From Eledone cirrhosa (taxonomy: Eukaryota): DNA of 64,000 bases. Under the pieces are notes generated by a model that was not told the DNA's origin, searched no databases, and saw only the letters and a program-made list of their open reading frames with translations. Positions 27,193 to 40,174 of this stretch are shown here, piece after piece. The position numbers were made by a program, and so were the translations under genes. Each line of letters begins with the position of its first letter. Within the stretch, counting starts at the first letter, position 1. Location: assembly GCA_964016885.1 (NCBI GenBank), contig OZ024755.1, positions 31,062,001 to 31,126,000 on the forward strand, in the 5' to 3' direction.

Positions 27193-29992
27193 ACCAGAAC
27201 AACCTGCCACCCTCTACACACCATCATAAACTGCGAGCAGGGTACAAATTGTTGTCCTTAAATGCTCGCAGTTTATGCAACAAGATACATCTGTTCGAAT
27301 CCTACGTCAGAAGCATCGACCCTGACTTCATCACAGTCACGGAAACATGGGCACATTCCTTACTCTGTGATGGGGTTTTCAGCATTACTGGGTACAACCT
27401 TTTCCGCAAGGACGGCATTAACCGCCGTGGTGGTGGTGTGATGGTCTACGTTCGTTCAAACTTTTCAGTAATTCCTTGCGTTGATTTGAACGAATCACAG
27501 GAAGAAGTTTTTTTCTGTGACATACGTATGACCATGTCAACACTTCTGCTTGGTGTTGCTTATCGCCCCCCAAACTACCATCAGGACACACAGCTTTGCA
27601 ATATCCTCAGAGTTGCTGCCAAGAAAACAGCCACTTATGTGTTTATTGCAGGTGACTTCAATCATCCAGAGATCGATTGGGAAACCTTTCATTGGCCACA
27701 AGGTGCAAACGATTTCCTTGAACTAGTGCTGGACTCAAACTGGTCACAAGTAGTCACCTCTCCAACAAGAGGTGACAACACTTTGGACCTGATCTTCACC
27801 ACTACTCCTGAAGTGGTTATCAGTTGTACTACTGAGGAACCTCTAGGCGACTCTGATCATGCTATGATCATTGCCAATCTGGCACTTGAGGGCAGCAACA
27901 AAAACCAGAGCCATCTCCAATCTGCTTGCTTTGATTGGAAGAGGGCGGATTGGAACTTGTACTGCACTGAGCTACAGCGCCCAAACTGGCATGAGATGTA
28001 TAACTCTGGAGATGTGAACTCTATACTCCAGAGCATTCTGGACACAATATGGATAGCATGTGCAGCATCAGTGCCACGGAAGCGGAAAAATAACCACCCC
28101 AAAAGTGCAATCTGGGAAACTTCAGCAGTCCGACTTGCCAGGAAAGAACGTCGGAACGCTGAACGGGAATATAAACTGCATAGATCAGATGCCAGCAGAA
28201 AAAAGCGGAATAAATCTTCTAACTATCTCAAGCAAGTGACAAAGAAGGCAGTGCTTGAATTTGAACAGTGCATCGCAACCAATCCTGACAGTAAGGTGTT
28301 CTGGAAATATGTTCATTCAAAGCAGAGACCTCACTCTCCAGTTGGTCCTCTTCGCAATCCCCACACAAGCCAGATCACTGACAATCCCAAGGAATGCGCA
28401 GAACTCATTGCTGAGTGCTATGCAAGTATTTTTACTGTTGAAAACCAGAATGTACCATCTCCACCATCTCTAACATCAAATTCCATAACAACTATGGAAT
28501 TTACACCTGCAATGTTGCGACGTCACCTTAAGAATAAGCGCAACTATGCCTCCCCTGGTCTTGATGATGTGACATACCTGCTTCTCAAACGTGGCGGGTA
28601 TTTCCTTTTGCGCCAGCTTTCTTTCTTCTTTCAATACTGTCTCAACAATGGTGCTACTCCGGAGCAGTGGAAAACTGCCAGTGTCATTCCCCTGTTCAAA
28701 AAGGGCAACCGCATGTCACCTGTCAACTATCGTCCAGTTAGTCTTACTAGCTGTATGGCCAAACTGATGGAATCCTGTGTCAGAGAAACACTTTGGAACT
28801 TCTGGAGCTCACAGTTTGGATTTATCTCTAACTCCAGCTGCTGTGATCAGCTTATCGAGTTCCTTGAGGACATCACCTGGATCACTGACAGCGGCTCATG
28901 GGTGGATGTTGTTTACCTTGACTTTGCTAAGGCTTTTAATTCTGTGCCACACAAAAGACTTATAGCAAAACTCTCTGCAATGGGTGTGAGGGATGATCTT
29001 TTCGACTGGTTGAAATCCTTCATTCTCAGCCGAAAAGAAGTAGTCACGGTTCTAGGACAGCATTCTTCACCATATGAGATGTCATCTGGTGTACCACAGG
29101 GATCTGTTTTTGGTCCTCTTTTGTTTGTGGCATATATTAACGACATAGATGCCAACTTACAGAATGCCACGGTACTAAAATATGCAGATGACATCAAGCT
29201 GTACCTTGAAATCAAAAGGACTGATCCTGAAATTTACAACTCTTTCCTACAATCAGACCTGGACACAATGCAGCAATGGATCACAGACTGGCAACTGAAG
29301 CTGGCTGTGGACAAGTGTACCACCATGCATTTTGGAAGGAAAAATCCAGCGTCCACATACTCCCTCCACAACACTGATATCAAAAAGTCCTCTTGTGAAC
29401 GTGACCTGGGCATTACTGTCAGCAACGATTTGCGTTGGACAAAGCATGTCTCTAAGATTGTCAAGAAGGCCGAGGGTGTCTTGGCATCACTCAGCAAGAC
29501 CTTTGTTAGCCGCTCTCCAGCCATCTATTTAAAACTGTATACAGCTATGGTACGACCACACTTGGAATTCGCATCATCAGTCTGGAACCCCTATCTTGCT
29601 CAGAACATTGACCTCCTGGAAACTGTTCAGAGACGTGCAACCAAGCGCATACCCTCCATCAGACACCTACCATACTCTGAACACCTTGCTCCCTGGGCAT
29701 GGATTCATTGAAGCTCCGACGTCTGGCAATGGACTTGGTGAATACCCACAAAATTTTTAACCATCTCGCCAATTGCAACCCTGAGCGCCTCTTTGATCTC
29801 CATGTGTCTAACACACGTGGACATGCCTACAAGATCAGAAAACAGCACAGCTCCCATGACTTTCGTAGACATTTTTTCACGCTCAGAGTTGCTGAAGCAT
29901 GGAACAAACTGCCTGCGTCAATTGTTAGCTGCCGAGACACTGCATCCTTTAAGACACTCATGCTTCCCGAAATACGCCAAAACTACACCTGA
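27183..29992 (+). pseudogene. LINE ORF2: apurinic endonuclease plus reverse transcriptase, one frameshift near 29690
   Basis: LNARS, ETW, GDFN, LDLIF, SDH (APE); YRPVSLTS, LDFAKAF, GVPQGS, YADD (RT). The C-terminus continues in ORF 29699-29992. Apparent short in-frame deletion at LWNFWSSQFGF. Confidence 0.92.
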
Positions 29993-30305
29993 TGTACCCC
30001 TTCCATACACATGCACACATGTGTGTATCATGACTCGTGCACTGTTCATTTTACTGATGTTTGTGCATTGCCCTATGTACTGTACATGCACTTTTTTGAT
30101 GAGTTGTGGTGCACCTGGGCACTGTACACAATATTTCATTATTGTTATTGTTATTATATCATGACTCGTACACTGTTCATTTTCCTGACATTTGTACATT
30201 ATTCTATGTACTATACATGCACCTTTGATGAGTTGTAGTGCACCTGAGCACTGTACACAATAATTTCATTATTATTATTTATTATATACATACATACACA
30301 TATAC

Positions 30306-30336
<31 letters not shown>

Positions 30337-30460
30337 CATATATATACATATATATATATACATATATATACATATATATATATACATATATATATATACA
30401 TATATATATACATATATATATATACATACATATATATATATATACATATACATTCATATA

Positions 30461-31348
30461 CAGGGTGCGGACGATATTTGTTCGCAAGATAAGTCTAGGA
30501 AAAAATAACACAGTAGTTTTATTTTTTAAGATTTATTTATCAAACTTGGGTCAGTTTGTCTTCATGACTTGTTCTTTCGATCTCACTCGATAAACCCGCC
30601 ATTGGCTTTGATGACGGCCTCAAGCGGCCTCGGAACCGGCTACAGGCCTTCGTCATTGTCCCCCGACTTAGGCCCCTAAAAGTACTTGTGATCCTGGCCT
30701 TCAGATCGTCTTTCGTATTGCAGCTAGATCTTTTGGTGTCTCATTCCACTGCGCCCCACACAAAGAAGTCGAGGGGTTGCAGTCGGGCGAGCTGGGAGGC
30801 CAGATGTCAGGTGAAGTATGGTCGACGAAGTTCTCTGACAGCCAGGCTTGGGTCTTTCGGCTGGTATGGCAGGGTGCTGAGTCTTGCTGCCACACGTACG
30901 GCTTACCTACAGCTACCTGGTCGATCCAGGGCTTTACTACCTCGCTCAGAACGTGGATGAAGCCATCGGTGTTCGGCTTGAGGCCCTCAGGGAAGAAGTG
31001 AGGTGCCATGACGTCACCTTGACTGCTGACGACACCTAAGACCAATATTGTTGCTGGAAACTTTGTCTGCATGACTCTGGGCACGTCTTTGGATGAGACA
31101 GCGAGCCACCTGTTGTTCTGGGAGTTGATCTACTGGTCTTATTTGTCCTCCCGGCGCGGATTCTAAGAAGAACTCCGTGTCTCTTCCACAAATTTGGAGG
31201 TTCAAAATTATTCATAATCAATTATTCTGAAAATAAATAATGGAAATATAGTCACTGTTTTTATGAAGACAAGAGTGACAACGGAAGTACAAAAAATTGG
31301 CATAAAATTACCAGTTGAAAATTGCGAACAAATATCGTCCGCACCCAG
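30461..31348 (-). mobile_element. internally deleted Tc1/mariner, DD37D (maT) family
   Basis: 27-bp TIRs CAGGGTGCGGACGATATTTGTTCGCAA with TA flanks. Transposase remnant WQQDSAPCH..WPPSSPDCNP(L)D gives 37 residues between the Asp residues once a frameshift is corrected. Confidence 0.92.
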
Positions 31349-31498
31349 TATATATAAATATATATATACATATACATATATATATATGTATATACATATA
31401 TCCATATACATATATCTATATACATATATACATATACATATATCTTTATACATATAATCTATATACATATACATATATACATATATCTATATACATAT

Positions 31499-33530
31499 AA
31501 CCAAGTCGTACAGAATGGGGTTGTTCCGAAGGACTGGCGTAGCAGCATCATCGTTAACTGCTATAAGGGAAAAGGAGATGCCCTAGATAGGAGTAACTAT
31601 AGAGGCATTAAATTAATCGACCAGGTCATGAAGGTCACGGAAAAAGTAATAGCGCAACTAATCAGAGAGAGAATTGATCTAGATGAAATGCAGTTCGGAT
31701 TTGTGTCAGGCAAAAGTACCAGAGACGCTCTTTTCATTGTACGACAACTACAGGAGAAGTACCTAGCTAAAAGTAAACCCCTATACTTAGCCTTCGTCGA
31801 CTTGGAGAAAGCCTTCGACAGAGTCCCCCGTTCCATTATCTGGTGGTCTCTTAGAAAACTAGGTGTTGACGAATGGCTTGTGAGAGCTATACAAGCCATG
31901 TATAAAGAAACAGTCAGTAAGGTTAGAATTAACAACGAATATAGTGAAGAGTTTAGCGTAAAAGTTGGTGTCCATCAGGGCTCTGTTCTTAGCCCCCTAC
32001 TATTTATTATTGCCCTTCAGGCTATAACAGAGGAGTTCAAGACCGGCTGCCCATGGGAACTCCTATACGCAGATGATCTAACGCTCATAGCTGAATCAAT
32101 GACCGAACTAGAGAAGAAATTCCAAACATGGAAGCACGGCCTAGAATCAAAAAGCCTTAAAATTAACCTGGCTAAGACTAAAGTTCTAGTTTGTAGGAAA
32201 GAAAATATGGCGGCAGTCCCATCTGGGAAATGGCCATGCTCAGTGTGTAGGAAAGGCGTAGGTAGAAACTCCATTTTATGTCCCAAATGCAAAGTATGGG
32301 TGCATAAAAGATGTAGTGGGATCACAGGTAAGCTAACTAAGAACATAGATTTTACATGTGGCCGGTGCTCTGGTGCAATAAGTAGCAGCAAGTGCCCACA
32401 AAATACTAGCTCCTTCAACTGCGCAGAGGGTTCTATAGAAATAGTGGACAGCTTCCGTTACCTGGGTGACAAAATCAGCAGTGGGGGAGGGTGCTCTGAA
32501 AGTACAGTAGCTAGAGTCAGAACTGGATGGAAAAAGTTCAGAGAGCTTATACCACTATTAGCCGCTAGAGGGTTCTCCCTAAAAATGAAAGGCAGGTTAT
32601 ACGATGCCTGCATACGAACAGCAATGCTGCATGGCAGTGAGACCTGGGCATTGTGTGCAGAGGATATACGCAGACTAGAGAGGAACGAAGCTTGCATGCT
32701 CCGCTGGATGTGCAATAGTAATATACGTGAACGGCAAAGCATAAACGAACTAAGGAAAAAATTAGAAATAAGAGGGATCAGATGTTGTTTACTCGAGAGA
32801 AGGCTACGTTGGTACGGTCGTGTGATGCGCATGAAAGACGACAGCTGTATAACAAAGTGCAGGGCAATAAAGATAGACGGTAGCCACGGAGTAGGCAGAC
32901 CCAGAAAAACATGGGACGAGCTGATAAATTCCGACCTCACACGCTTACACCTCTCCAAGACAATGTCACTGGACCGAGACCTTTGGCGGTACTCAGTAAT
33001 AGAGAAGACCCGCCTTACCTAAATACAAAGTAAAAACCTACTACAGTCAGTAGGCATCTCTATCAAAACACCCCCCCGTCCCGCCACCTCCACCCCATCC
33101 ACACCGCCCCTTTCAATGTACAGTTATGTTGGTCCCACAACATCCAGGCCGAAACAAATGAGATCGTGTAGGTGTCACGACAAAAAACACACAGTCCACG
33201 CTGTAAATGTGGCCGTGTAGGCAACACAGTAAAAACCTCCCAGCCCCACACTGTAAATGTGGTTGGTGTTAGGAAGGGCATCCAGCTGTAGAAAACCCGC
33301 CAGACAGTCCACGCTGTAATGTGGCCGTGTAGGCAACACGGTAAAAACCTCCCAGCCCCACACTGTAAATGTGGTTGGTGTTAGGAAGGGCATCCAACTG
33401 TAGAAAACCCGCCAGACAGTCCTATGCGAGCAAGACAACCACTCTTGCCTCAAGTGGAAAAACCCCCGTCCAAACCCATGCAAGTGTGGAACACGGACGC
33501 TAAACCTGATGATGATGATGATGATGATGA
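31499..33530 (+). mobile_element. young 5'-truncated RTE LINE: open RT-PHD-C-terminal frame 31499-33022, 3' UTR with ~117-bp duplication, (GAT)n tail
   Basis: Uninterrupted ~500 codons with DLEKAFD, GVHQGS, YADD and GRPRKTW. Confidence 0.95.
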
Positions 33531-33589
33531 TATATATATATATATATACATATATCTATATACATATTACATGTATATACATATACATA

Positions 33590-33812
33590 GTAATAATAAT
33601 AAATTTGAAGACTAAAATCCAAAGAGGGCTCGATAAGGATAAATATATATCAAATATATAAGAACCGTAGAGCAAATATTTATTAAAATAACCGATTAAA
33701 GTTTAAGCAAAGAATCGCTGCTTTCACCCTTAACGGGATCTTCTGAAACTCCCGTTGAGGGTGAAAGCAGCGATTCTTTGCTTAAACTTTAATCTGTTAT
33801 TTTAATAAATAT
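33590..33812. repeat. (TA)n-flanked island with a 63-bp-arm palindrome (33676-33738 / 33750-33812); relative at 63343-63500
   Basis: Direct reverse-complement match. The left flank GTAATAATAATAAATTTGAAGACTAAAATC is shared with 63343. Confidence 0.85.
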
Positions 33813-33959
33813 ATATATATACATATATCTATATACATATATACATATATATATATGAATGTATGTATAGTATATTTGGCAATATACCGTATGTTTAATT
33901 AAAAACATTTAGAAGACCATTCGCTATCAGTTTTAAAGTAGTGACTATGTCACTTACTT

Positions 33960-36900
33960 ATTTTCGGCAAAGGTAGGGAGAGAGGCTAAAGACTCGTGCA
34001 CATAGCACGTTAAACCAAGTTCCGATCAGCGTAGACACGGGGCAGACGGAGGCTCCGTAGGCAACCCATCTAGGAGAACTACCACTCCGAATAAATCAGT
34101 GTGGGGTAGAGATGTCCCCTAAGTCCAGTAAGACAACTTCCTTAGTGCTGGTGGCACGAATAAAAGCACCCAGTCCATGCTGTAAAATGGAGGGGTAGAG
34201 AGGGCCCCTGAGTCCAGTAAGACCACCTCTCTAGTGCTGGTGGCACGAATAAAAGCACCCAGTCCATGCTGTAAAATGGAGGGGTAGAGAGGGCCCCTGA
34301 GTCCAGTAAGACCACCTCTCTAGTGCTGGTGGCACGAATAAAAACACCCAGTCCATGCTGTAAAGTGGTGCTGGTGTTAGGAAGGACATCCAACCAGTAT
34401 ATATACTACTTCCAAAAACTATGTGCACAACAAATGAGAATTGCATAAACAGCAATAACACTAACCATATTAGGGGTGTGCACGGTAGTGAGGTGGCTGG
34501 TCCAGCCATGTGCGAGAACCCCACAACCGTCACCAAGCATTTGCACAACAGGAACAAGAACAAGAATATGAACATCTCAGAGTTGCCACACTTAATGTTG
34601 GCACTCTAACAGGTAGATCTGGTGAGATAGTAGAGATGCTAGAGAGAAGGCATATGGATGTGTGCTGCGTGCAAGAGGTGAGATGGAAAGGTGCCTCTGC
34701 AAGACTAATCGCAGGCAAACATCGTAGTTATTTCTGGATGGGTAATGATGATGGGTTAGGTGGGGTGGGCATATTACTGGCTGAGAGATGGATCAATAAG
34801 ACAATAGAGGTAGTTAGAGTTAGTAATAGAATAATTAAGCTTAGGTTAGTTGTAGGCAAGATACTACTGACAATCATCTCTGCCTATGCTCCCCAGGCAG
34901 GCCTAGGTAAAGAAAAGAAAGACTGCTTTTACGAGCAACTTTTAGAAACAACCACAATGACAGAGGACAGAGACATCGTTATGCTAGCAGGGGACTTCAA
35001 TGGACATGTTGGACAGCTCCAGGATGGATACACTGGGATACATGGTGGGCATGGTTATGGCTCAAGAAATGAAGAAGGAGTGAGGCTTCTTGAATTTTGT
35101 GATGCAAATGCACTAACCATTTGCAACACTAACATCAAGAACCCTACCAACCACCTAATAACCTACAAATCAGGCGAGCACATAAGCCAGATTGACTTCT
35201 TGCTAGTTAGACAGCGAGACAGACAGATGGTGTCAAATACTAAGGCATACCCCAGGGAAGAATGTACCCCACAGCATAGGTTAGTCATTAGTGATATCTC
35301 AGGAAGCATGATACAGAATGAGACATACAGGAAGGTGTGGAAAAAAAAAGGTCTGGAAGCTAAAAGACCTTTCATTAAAATATAAATTTAGGAAAGCCCT
35401 TCAAGATGTGTATGAACAAAAAGATGACGATTTAGAGTCATATGACATAGATGATAACTGAAATTTCTTGCGTGACAACTTACTGCAGGCTATTGAAGAA
35501 ACTTGTGACAGAGAGAGACCTGGTGGTGGAACAGCATGGTAGATAGGGCCATTAGAGACAAAAGACTAACATGGAAGACTTGGAAAAATGGTGAGAGTAG
35601 AGACCGATACACAGCCGCTAAGAGAGAAGCTAGACGTCAGGTATACTTAGCACGCAGGGAGGGTGAGAGTAGAAGGTTTGCCAATGTTCTGTGACGGGAA
35701 AATCGAAGACGTGTGATGTTCCGCATTGCAAGGCAGTGTGTCAGTGTAAATCAGGATGTTGTTGGAGATAAGTGTGTCCAGAATGATGCCGGTGTACTTA
35801 GTGTCTCAAATGATCAAAAAAAGGAGGCCTGCAAATGTCATTATGAGAGACTGATGAATGTAGAGAACGAATGGGAGAGAGAGAGAAATTACCCCCAGTA
35901 GACCCGACAGAGGGACCAGCTATTGAGATTGATGAATATAGGGTCCAAGAGGCAATTAAGGAAATGAAAAATGGTAAGGCCGCTGGACCATCAGGCATAG
36001 TTGCTGAGATGCTGAAGCCATCAGGAGAAGTAGGTACTAAACTGGTTGCACGCATCATCAATCAAGCTATATATGGTGGAGTCATACCCAAAGACTGGTG
36101 CAGCAGTATTCTCATAAATTGCTACAAAGGTAAAGGGGATGCTCTGGAGAGGAGCAATTATAGGGGCATAAAGCTGTTGGATCAGATTGTGAAAGTGGCA
36201 GAAAGGATATTAATGAAACTGATTAGAGAAAGAGTCAAATTAGATGAGATGTAGTTTGGTGTTGTGCCTCAGAAAAGTACAACAGATGCCCTCTTCTTAG
36301 TGAGGCAACTACAAGAGAAGTTCTTAGAGAAGAATAAGCCACTATACTTAGCTTTTGTTGACCTAGAGAAGGCCTTTGATAGGGTACCCCGATCTATCAT
36401 CTGGTGGTCCCTAAGGAAACTAGGTGTAGAGGAATGGCTTGTGAGGACAGTGCAAGATATGTACAGGGGTGCTGTCAGTAAAGTGAGAGTAGGAATGGAG
36501 TTTAGTGAGGAATTCCAGATACAAGTAGGAGTACATCAGGGTTTGGTCCTCAGCTCGCTCTTGTTCATGATAGTCCTCCAAGCCATAACAGAGGAGTTTA
36601 AGACTGGCTGCATATGAGATCTTCTCTATGCTGACAATTTGGTTCTTATAGCAGAATCAGTAGAGGAGCTAGAGAATAAATTCTGGCTATGGAAACAGTA
36701 GTTGGAATCAAGAGGACTGAGTGAACCTAGCTAAGACAAAAGTGTTGATAAGTAGAAAAGAGGACAAAACTCTGATTCCATCAGGGAAATGGCAATGTTC
36801 GATATGTAGAAAAGGAACTGGCATAAATTCTATAAAATGTACACAAGAGTTGTAGTGGGATAGCAGGCAAACTAACAGTTAGGGAAAACTACATATGCAG

Positions 36901-37485
36901 TAGATGTACAGGGAAAGTTGACAGTAGTAATCACAATGATAGACACATTTTTCAAATACAGGTGGTTTCTAGTTTAGGGAGCTGTTTCCTCTGTTGACAA
37001 AGAAGAGTTTCTCCCCGCGTACGAAAGGCCTGTTATATGATGCCTGTGTGAGATGCGCAATGTTCCATAGTAGTGAGACATGGGCAGCAACTACAGAGGA
37101 TATGCGATGGCTGTAGAGAAATGAAGCAAACATGCTCCGTTGGATGTGCAATGTCAATGTGCGTGAAAGACCAAGCCTAGATGAGTTGAGAGAGAAACTG
37201 TGTATATGAGGGGTAAGTTGTGGTGTGCGGGAGAGAAAACTGAGATGGTATGGACATGTGATGCGCATGGAGGATGACCGCTGGGTAAAGAAGTGCCAAG
37301 AAATGCCAGTAGCAGGAAGACGCAGTAGAGGAAGACCATGAAAAATATGGGCGGAGGTGGTGAGAGCGGACCTCAGATCGCTGAAGCTCACGGAGGAGAT
37401 GACGAAGGACCATGACAAGTGGAGAGATGCTGTACTGAATAAGACCCATCCCACCTTTGCAAGCAGGGAAAAGTGGACGTAAAAT
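33960..37485 (+). mobile_element. near full-length decayed RTE LINE (5' UTR with 90-bp x3 repeat, APE 34510-35385, RT, 3' tail)
   Basis: LRVATLNVGTL, QEVRW, AYAPQ, GDFNGH, QIDF and QHR (APE); RT pieces with stops and frameshifts. Confidence 0.93.
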
Positions 37486-37535
37486 ATATATATATACATA
37501 TATATATACACATATATACATATACATATATATAT

Positions 37536-37746
37536 CATCATCATCATCATTTCCTTTTACGTCCGCTTTTCCCTGCTTGCAAGAGTGGGACGGGAACTGA
37601 TTCTGGCTTGATTTCTACAGCTGGATGCCCTTCCTAACACCAACCTCATTTACAGTGAGTGCTGGGTGCTTTTTTGCCATGGCACCTCCACGACCACTTT
37701 GCAGTGGAATGATAGAGACCCCAGTCCTTATCATCTCATTTCTACA
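37536..37746 (-). mobile_element. SINE family A, 3' half
   Basis: Matches 12433-12640. Confidence 0.85.
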
Positions 37747-37804
37747 GTCGAGTTTGCAATTTTCAAAATTTGAAAATTGCAAACTCGACTGTCACCACAT
37801 ATCA

Positions 37805-37843
37805 TGAACCTGAAGATTGCGAAAGCATGAAAGTACTTGTTCA
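37805..37843 (+). ncRNA. minimal type I hammerhead ribozyme
   Basis: TGAAC-CTGAAGA-tTGCgaaaGCAt-GAAA-GTAC-TT-GTTCA with palindromic AGTACT stem III; preceded by a perfect hairpin at 37744-37792. Confidence 0.82.
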
Positions 37844-38389
37844 ATTAACACTTAGAATTTAATATTCTATCATACTATTTCATTATAATACCATTATATA
37901 TATTTTAAAGGATTGTAAATAAAACGAGTAAATCAGACAAAGTTGGAATTCCTCTTATTAATATAATCTTCTATACACAATCATACACACCCGTGTATAT
38001 TTACCTATCTATATCTATATACATATATATATACATATATATATATACATAATATAATATTATTATTTTCATGTAACACCTTGCCGCACAATAATCATAT
38101 ATAAATGAGACACACGTGCATGCCCCACGTATAACTAACGCATAAAATAACTAAAATAACTACTACATCTGACTAACAAACTATCCTCTTACATTATCTG
38201 TTAACTGCCAATTGTATTTTAATTTTGCTTTGAATTTGTTTCAATGTGATTTTGATTTTTAATTTGAATTGCTATACAGAAATATAATATAACATATGTC
38301 ACTCCACTGTACATCAATATATATATATATGTATCTGTATGTCTCTTGCGTTGGAAAGGAGGTCAATTATGTGTACAAACATTGAAAAA

Positions 38390-38436
38390 TGCTCCGAAGA
38401 CTCCAAGCCTAGGTTTGGATGAAACAATTGTAAGTG
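38390..38436 (+). ncRNA. type I hammerhead ribozyme (U4C variant)
   Basis: TGCT-CCGAAGA-cTCCAAGCctagGTTTGGAt-GAAA-CAATTG-TA-AGTG, followed by AATAAA; island flanked by (TA)n. Confidence 0.7.
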
Positions 38437-38463
38437 AATAAATGCTTTGATTCTTGTGAATTC

Positions 38464-38495
<32 letters not shown>

Positions 38496-38508
38496 CATAT
38501 ATATATAC

Positions 38509-38539
<31 letters not shown>

Positions 38540-38552
38540 CATATATATATAC

Positions 38553-38583
<31 letters not shown>

Positions 38584-38584
38584 C

Positions 38585-38630
<46 letters not shown>

Positions 38631-38712
38631 ATACATATATATATATGCACATATATATATATATACATATATATATACATATATATATATACACATATAT
38701 ATATATATATAT

Positions 38713-39112
38713 GGTGGCTGCCAACTCGTTTTCGAGTACGGCCACTACTTTATATCCATGTAGGAGAACCCATACCGATGCGCTGAACGAGTGTGACTTT
38801 TCAGTCCGGCCAGCGACTTGAAAACTTTGGTACAAACACTACACTTGTGACAATTATTGACACATAGTGCTGGGCCCATGGTACCATGTGACGACAAGTG
38901 CAGAGAGATCTCCAGATATAAAGCAATGCCTGTGTCGTGAAGCTTTTATAGTGAGCAAAGGCACTGCACAAAGCCATTCCCACTCTCTTAACCAAGATGA
39001 TATTTACCAAAAAGAAGAACAAGTCAACATCATTGGATATCATCAGGGTTGCAGGTGTTATATCAGAGTTTTCCTTCTCCTAGAATTCTGCCTTGACAAA
39101 GGCTAAGGGGTC
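38713..39112 (-). mobile_element. short RTE derivative: 5'-UTR-like motif joined to a 3' end with a C2H2 remnant
   Basis: Minus strand begins ..TCTAGGAGAAGGAAAACTCTG and ends [22 protein letters not shown] then GAGTTGGCAGCCACC(AT)n. A similar terminus is at 8060-8095. Confidence 0.55.
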
Positions 39113-39120
39113 ATCTTATA

Positions 39121-40143
39121 CATATGTAGATAAATCTACCAAAAGTTTACGGTAGTGTCCAATCCGTATAAAGAACTCAATGTAATCGGGATATCATGAA
39201 AAGAGAAGATGCATTCAAAAACTACTTTCGGTGAAAAATAAACGGAAAACAGAGTCAAGATAAATTAATAAAATAATGAATAAACAAAGAAACAGTTCCT
39301 TATATAAAAAAAAATTCATCATTTTACGATCGTTTCTAGGATATATATGTGTTAGAGTTGGTATGCATATTCTATAGATCTATGTACAATATTTATACAA
39401 ACTATCAGAGGGAATATATATACCTACACATATATATGCTGTCTTCAGAAATAATGATATTTGTTTATTGAAAAAAACAAAGATTCAATACAATAGGTCT
39501 GTTTGGGAACAGGTTTTGAATTGACCAATAGAGAGATAATGAGGGTCAAGATAGTAATATAGTAGTAGAAGAACCTTAAATTATGGGTAGAGGAAGGTAG
39601 ATTTCAGTTTTGGATGGAAAAGAATATTATGAATGAAGGAATATTTTAGGGAAGAAATAGGTCTTATGCTGACCTCAGAAATAATTTTATTTGTTCATTG
39701 AATAAAACCAACAAAGATCTAATATATTCTGTCTGTTTGGTAAGAGGTTTAGAATTAACCAATAGAAAGTTAATAATTGGCCAAATGGTAAAATAGTAGT
39801 AATTGAAGCTTATTTTAGGGGTGAAAATAGGTCAGGTGGTCAGTAAAAGGTATACAAGCAGTTGCTGTTATAAAATAGTAATGCCAATACAAATATCTAA
39901 GGTGACTAAAGTTTTACGATAAGAATGTTAGTGAAAAAAATACATCTATGAAAAGAATATAAATTAATTTAATTGATGGGTATATTTATATTGATAAAAA
40001 TTATACTAATACATATAGATATGATAAATAAGAGTTAGATGCAGTTGAAAAGTGCTGTTAAAGATGAGGGGAAATTAAAAGAATATAAAAATAATATATA
40101 TATATACTTATATATATATATATATATACATATATATACACAT

Positions 40144-40174
<31 letters not shown>

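Larger units (their letters stand above)
26097..30285 (+). mobile_element. near full-length CR1/L2-group LINE inserted in (TA)n
   Basis: ORF1 plus APE-RT ORF2, duplicated 3' UTR (30025-30156 / 30157-30285) and (TTA)-type tail. Confidence 0.92.
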
